DNA of 64,000 nt, taken from NCBI GenBank assembly GCA_013265495.1, contig MU058418.1, positions 1,886,917-1,950,916 on the forward strand. Reading direction: 5' to 3'. Under the pieces are notes generated by a model, which searched no databases, was not told the origin of the DNA, and saw only the letters and a list, made by a program, of their open reading frames with translations. This document shows, one piece after another, positions 62,700 through 64,000 of this stretch. The number at the start of each line of letters is the position of its first letter. Position 1 is the first letter of the stretch. This DNA comes from Vicugna vicugna (lineage: Eukaryota). The position numbers and the translations under genes were made by a program.

Positions 62700-62794
62700 G
62701 TAACCTTACAATATTTAGGACACTTAGACATATGGCACGTGGGCCTCCATTTGTACTCTCGTCCCTGGCCCTGCAAATGTTAAGAGCAGACCTG
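62700..62794. mobile_element. hAT-Tip100-like MITE terminus; the element probably starts near 60950 and is split by the L1 and SINE
   Basis: gggcctccatttgtactctcgtccctggccctgcaaatgttaagagcagacctg resembles Tip100-family ends. Confidence 0.45.
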
Positions 62795-62943
62795 AAAGAG
62801 AGGTGTACAAGGCTGGAGCTGCTGTTTCTCTGTGGAGGAGAAATGGAGGTGGGTCTGTGAGCCAAGACAATGTGAGCCATGAGCCCTGCCATGGTGGGGC
62901 TGCCCTGCTGGAGCTGCTGTGAATGATGCCCCTTCCTTTTCAG

Positions 62944-63093
62944 ATCACTTTCAGTAAAGACCACCTCAAGGCCTGCCTCCTTTCCCTGGGCTGTGATGTG
63001 ATGGCCAGAGAACGCAGCAACTTCGAGAGCTACTCCATGTGTTACGAGCACTTGTTGGAGAATGCTAGGCAGAAACTCTGCCAGAAGGAGCAA
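62944..63093 (+). CDS. CCDC162: CCDC162 exon (ITFSKDHLKACLLSLGCDVMARERSNFESYSMCYEHLLENARQKLCQKEQ)
   Basis: cccttccttttcag acceptor; CAA|gtatgt donor; 150 nt; phase 0 to 0. Confidence 0.9.
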
Positions 63094-63918
63094 GTATGTT
63101 TCCAGACAGACAAGAACTGCGTTAGGGAAGGTCTGGGAAGGGAAGCACAGGAGTCACTCTGAAGAGAAAGTAAAACAGGGTCCAGGAAGGTGTTCTTATG
63201 TGAGAAATGAGGATAAATGGTACTCTCCAAATTTCTCTTCTCTTTGGCTCATTTTCTTGGGCTCTGGTATTCTCAGTGGTGAAGGAGATGGCCCCACGAA
63301 CACTAGGTTGTGTGCTTTGGTAGTGTCCAGAGGGGAATATAAGAGGTGAGGGACAAAGGAGCTGACCCCCCAGGGAAGGTGCATAGCTGACCTTCCCACC
63401 CTCAGCAAACACAAGGGACCTTGTGCTGTTCCTGGTCCAGCAACGAAGCCAGAGTCCTTGAGTAAACTCTGTCTTCTGGAGGCACAGCATGGGTCTCATC
63501 CATGAGACTTCTTAAAATGAGATCCCACAGGTTGGATCCATGAGTCACTTCTCCTGCCCTAGATTACACACTGCTTTGAAATGGATTGCATCAGAGGTCC
63601 AGAGTAGTCTTTGTACATAAGAAAAGTGCAAAAGTATTTAAAAAATCAAATGAAGCATTAAAATATCACATGATCTTAGCTTTGTGCTCAGTCTGGCTGG
63701 CCCCACGGCTGAGGCCTCTGCACCAGTGGGGATACATGGGCGCTGATGCTGTCTTGTGATGCTTCCTGAAGTCCGGAGGGGCAGCAAGCATGGTCCTAGC
63801 TCCAGGCAGAGCCCGAGGAGCTCAGAATGAGGCACCAGTAGCACAAATAAGAGGTGTTTGGAGCGTGTTGTACTGAATAAATGTTGGAGTTTGGTGATGC
63901 ACTGCTTTCTTCTCTTAG

Positions 63919-63972
63919 GAATTAGGCATCATACGAAGAGGTCAGAGTCCACCTGAAAGCAGTGCTGGTCAG
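63919..63972 (+). CDS. CCDC162: CCDC162 exon (ELGIIRRGQSPPESSAGQ)
   Basis: ctttcttctcttag acceptor; CAG|gtaggt donor; 54 nt; phase 0 to 0. Confidence 0.8.
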
Positions 63973-64000
63973 GTAGGTCAGTTATCACTAAAGAGGTTCT

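Larger units (their letters stand above)
5049..63972 (+). other. CCDC162: Partial multi-exon gene span, coiled-coil domain-containing protein 162 orthologue (16 internal coding exons; start and stop lie outside the window)
   Basis: 16 AG/GT-bounded exons with matching phases give a 2130-nt open frame. Peptides such as MFKTLPEKAAFRALKLTLQLIASLHDIVAYL, SELQELQNMIDSLQSPQDP and FPWRAFLEDGGPFPVMS match my recollection of CCDC162. Confidence 0.88.

Noticed and set aside
1..64000. CRISPR arrays, operons or other prokaryotic/viral systems
   Set aside because: The sequence is intron-rich mammalian DNA. I saw no spaced direct-repeat arrays, long intronless ORFs or retroviral gag/pol/env coding regions.

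Overview
Mammalian genomic DNA, most likely from a camelid: it carries four copies of the tRNA-derived Vic-1-type SINE. The window lies entirely inside one + strand multi-exon gene. I traced 16 GT-AG exons (5049-63972) whose splice phases chain into a stop-free 2130-nt (710-codon) reading frame, open at both ends. From memory, the peptide is CCDC162, which is annotated as the pseudogene CCDC162P in human. The introns hold typical mammalian repeats (L1, L2, MIR, MaLR/ERV LTRs, hAT and Tigger MITEs, microsatellites). Notable structures are: a full-length U6 snRNA fused to an L1 3' end (U6/L1 chimeric retrocopy); an apparently perfect 2188-bp tandem duplication that copies this chimera; a twin-primed 5'-inverted L1 with two younger nested insertions; and a cluster of solo LTRs. 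I see no evidence of a wholly new biological system. Most ORFs in the supplied track are spurious or repeat-derived. Repeat family names come from recalled consensus motifs, not database searches.
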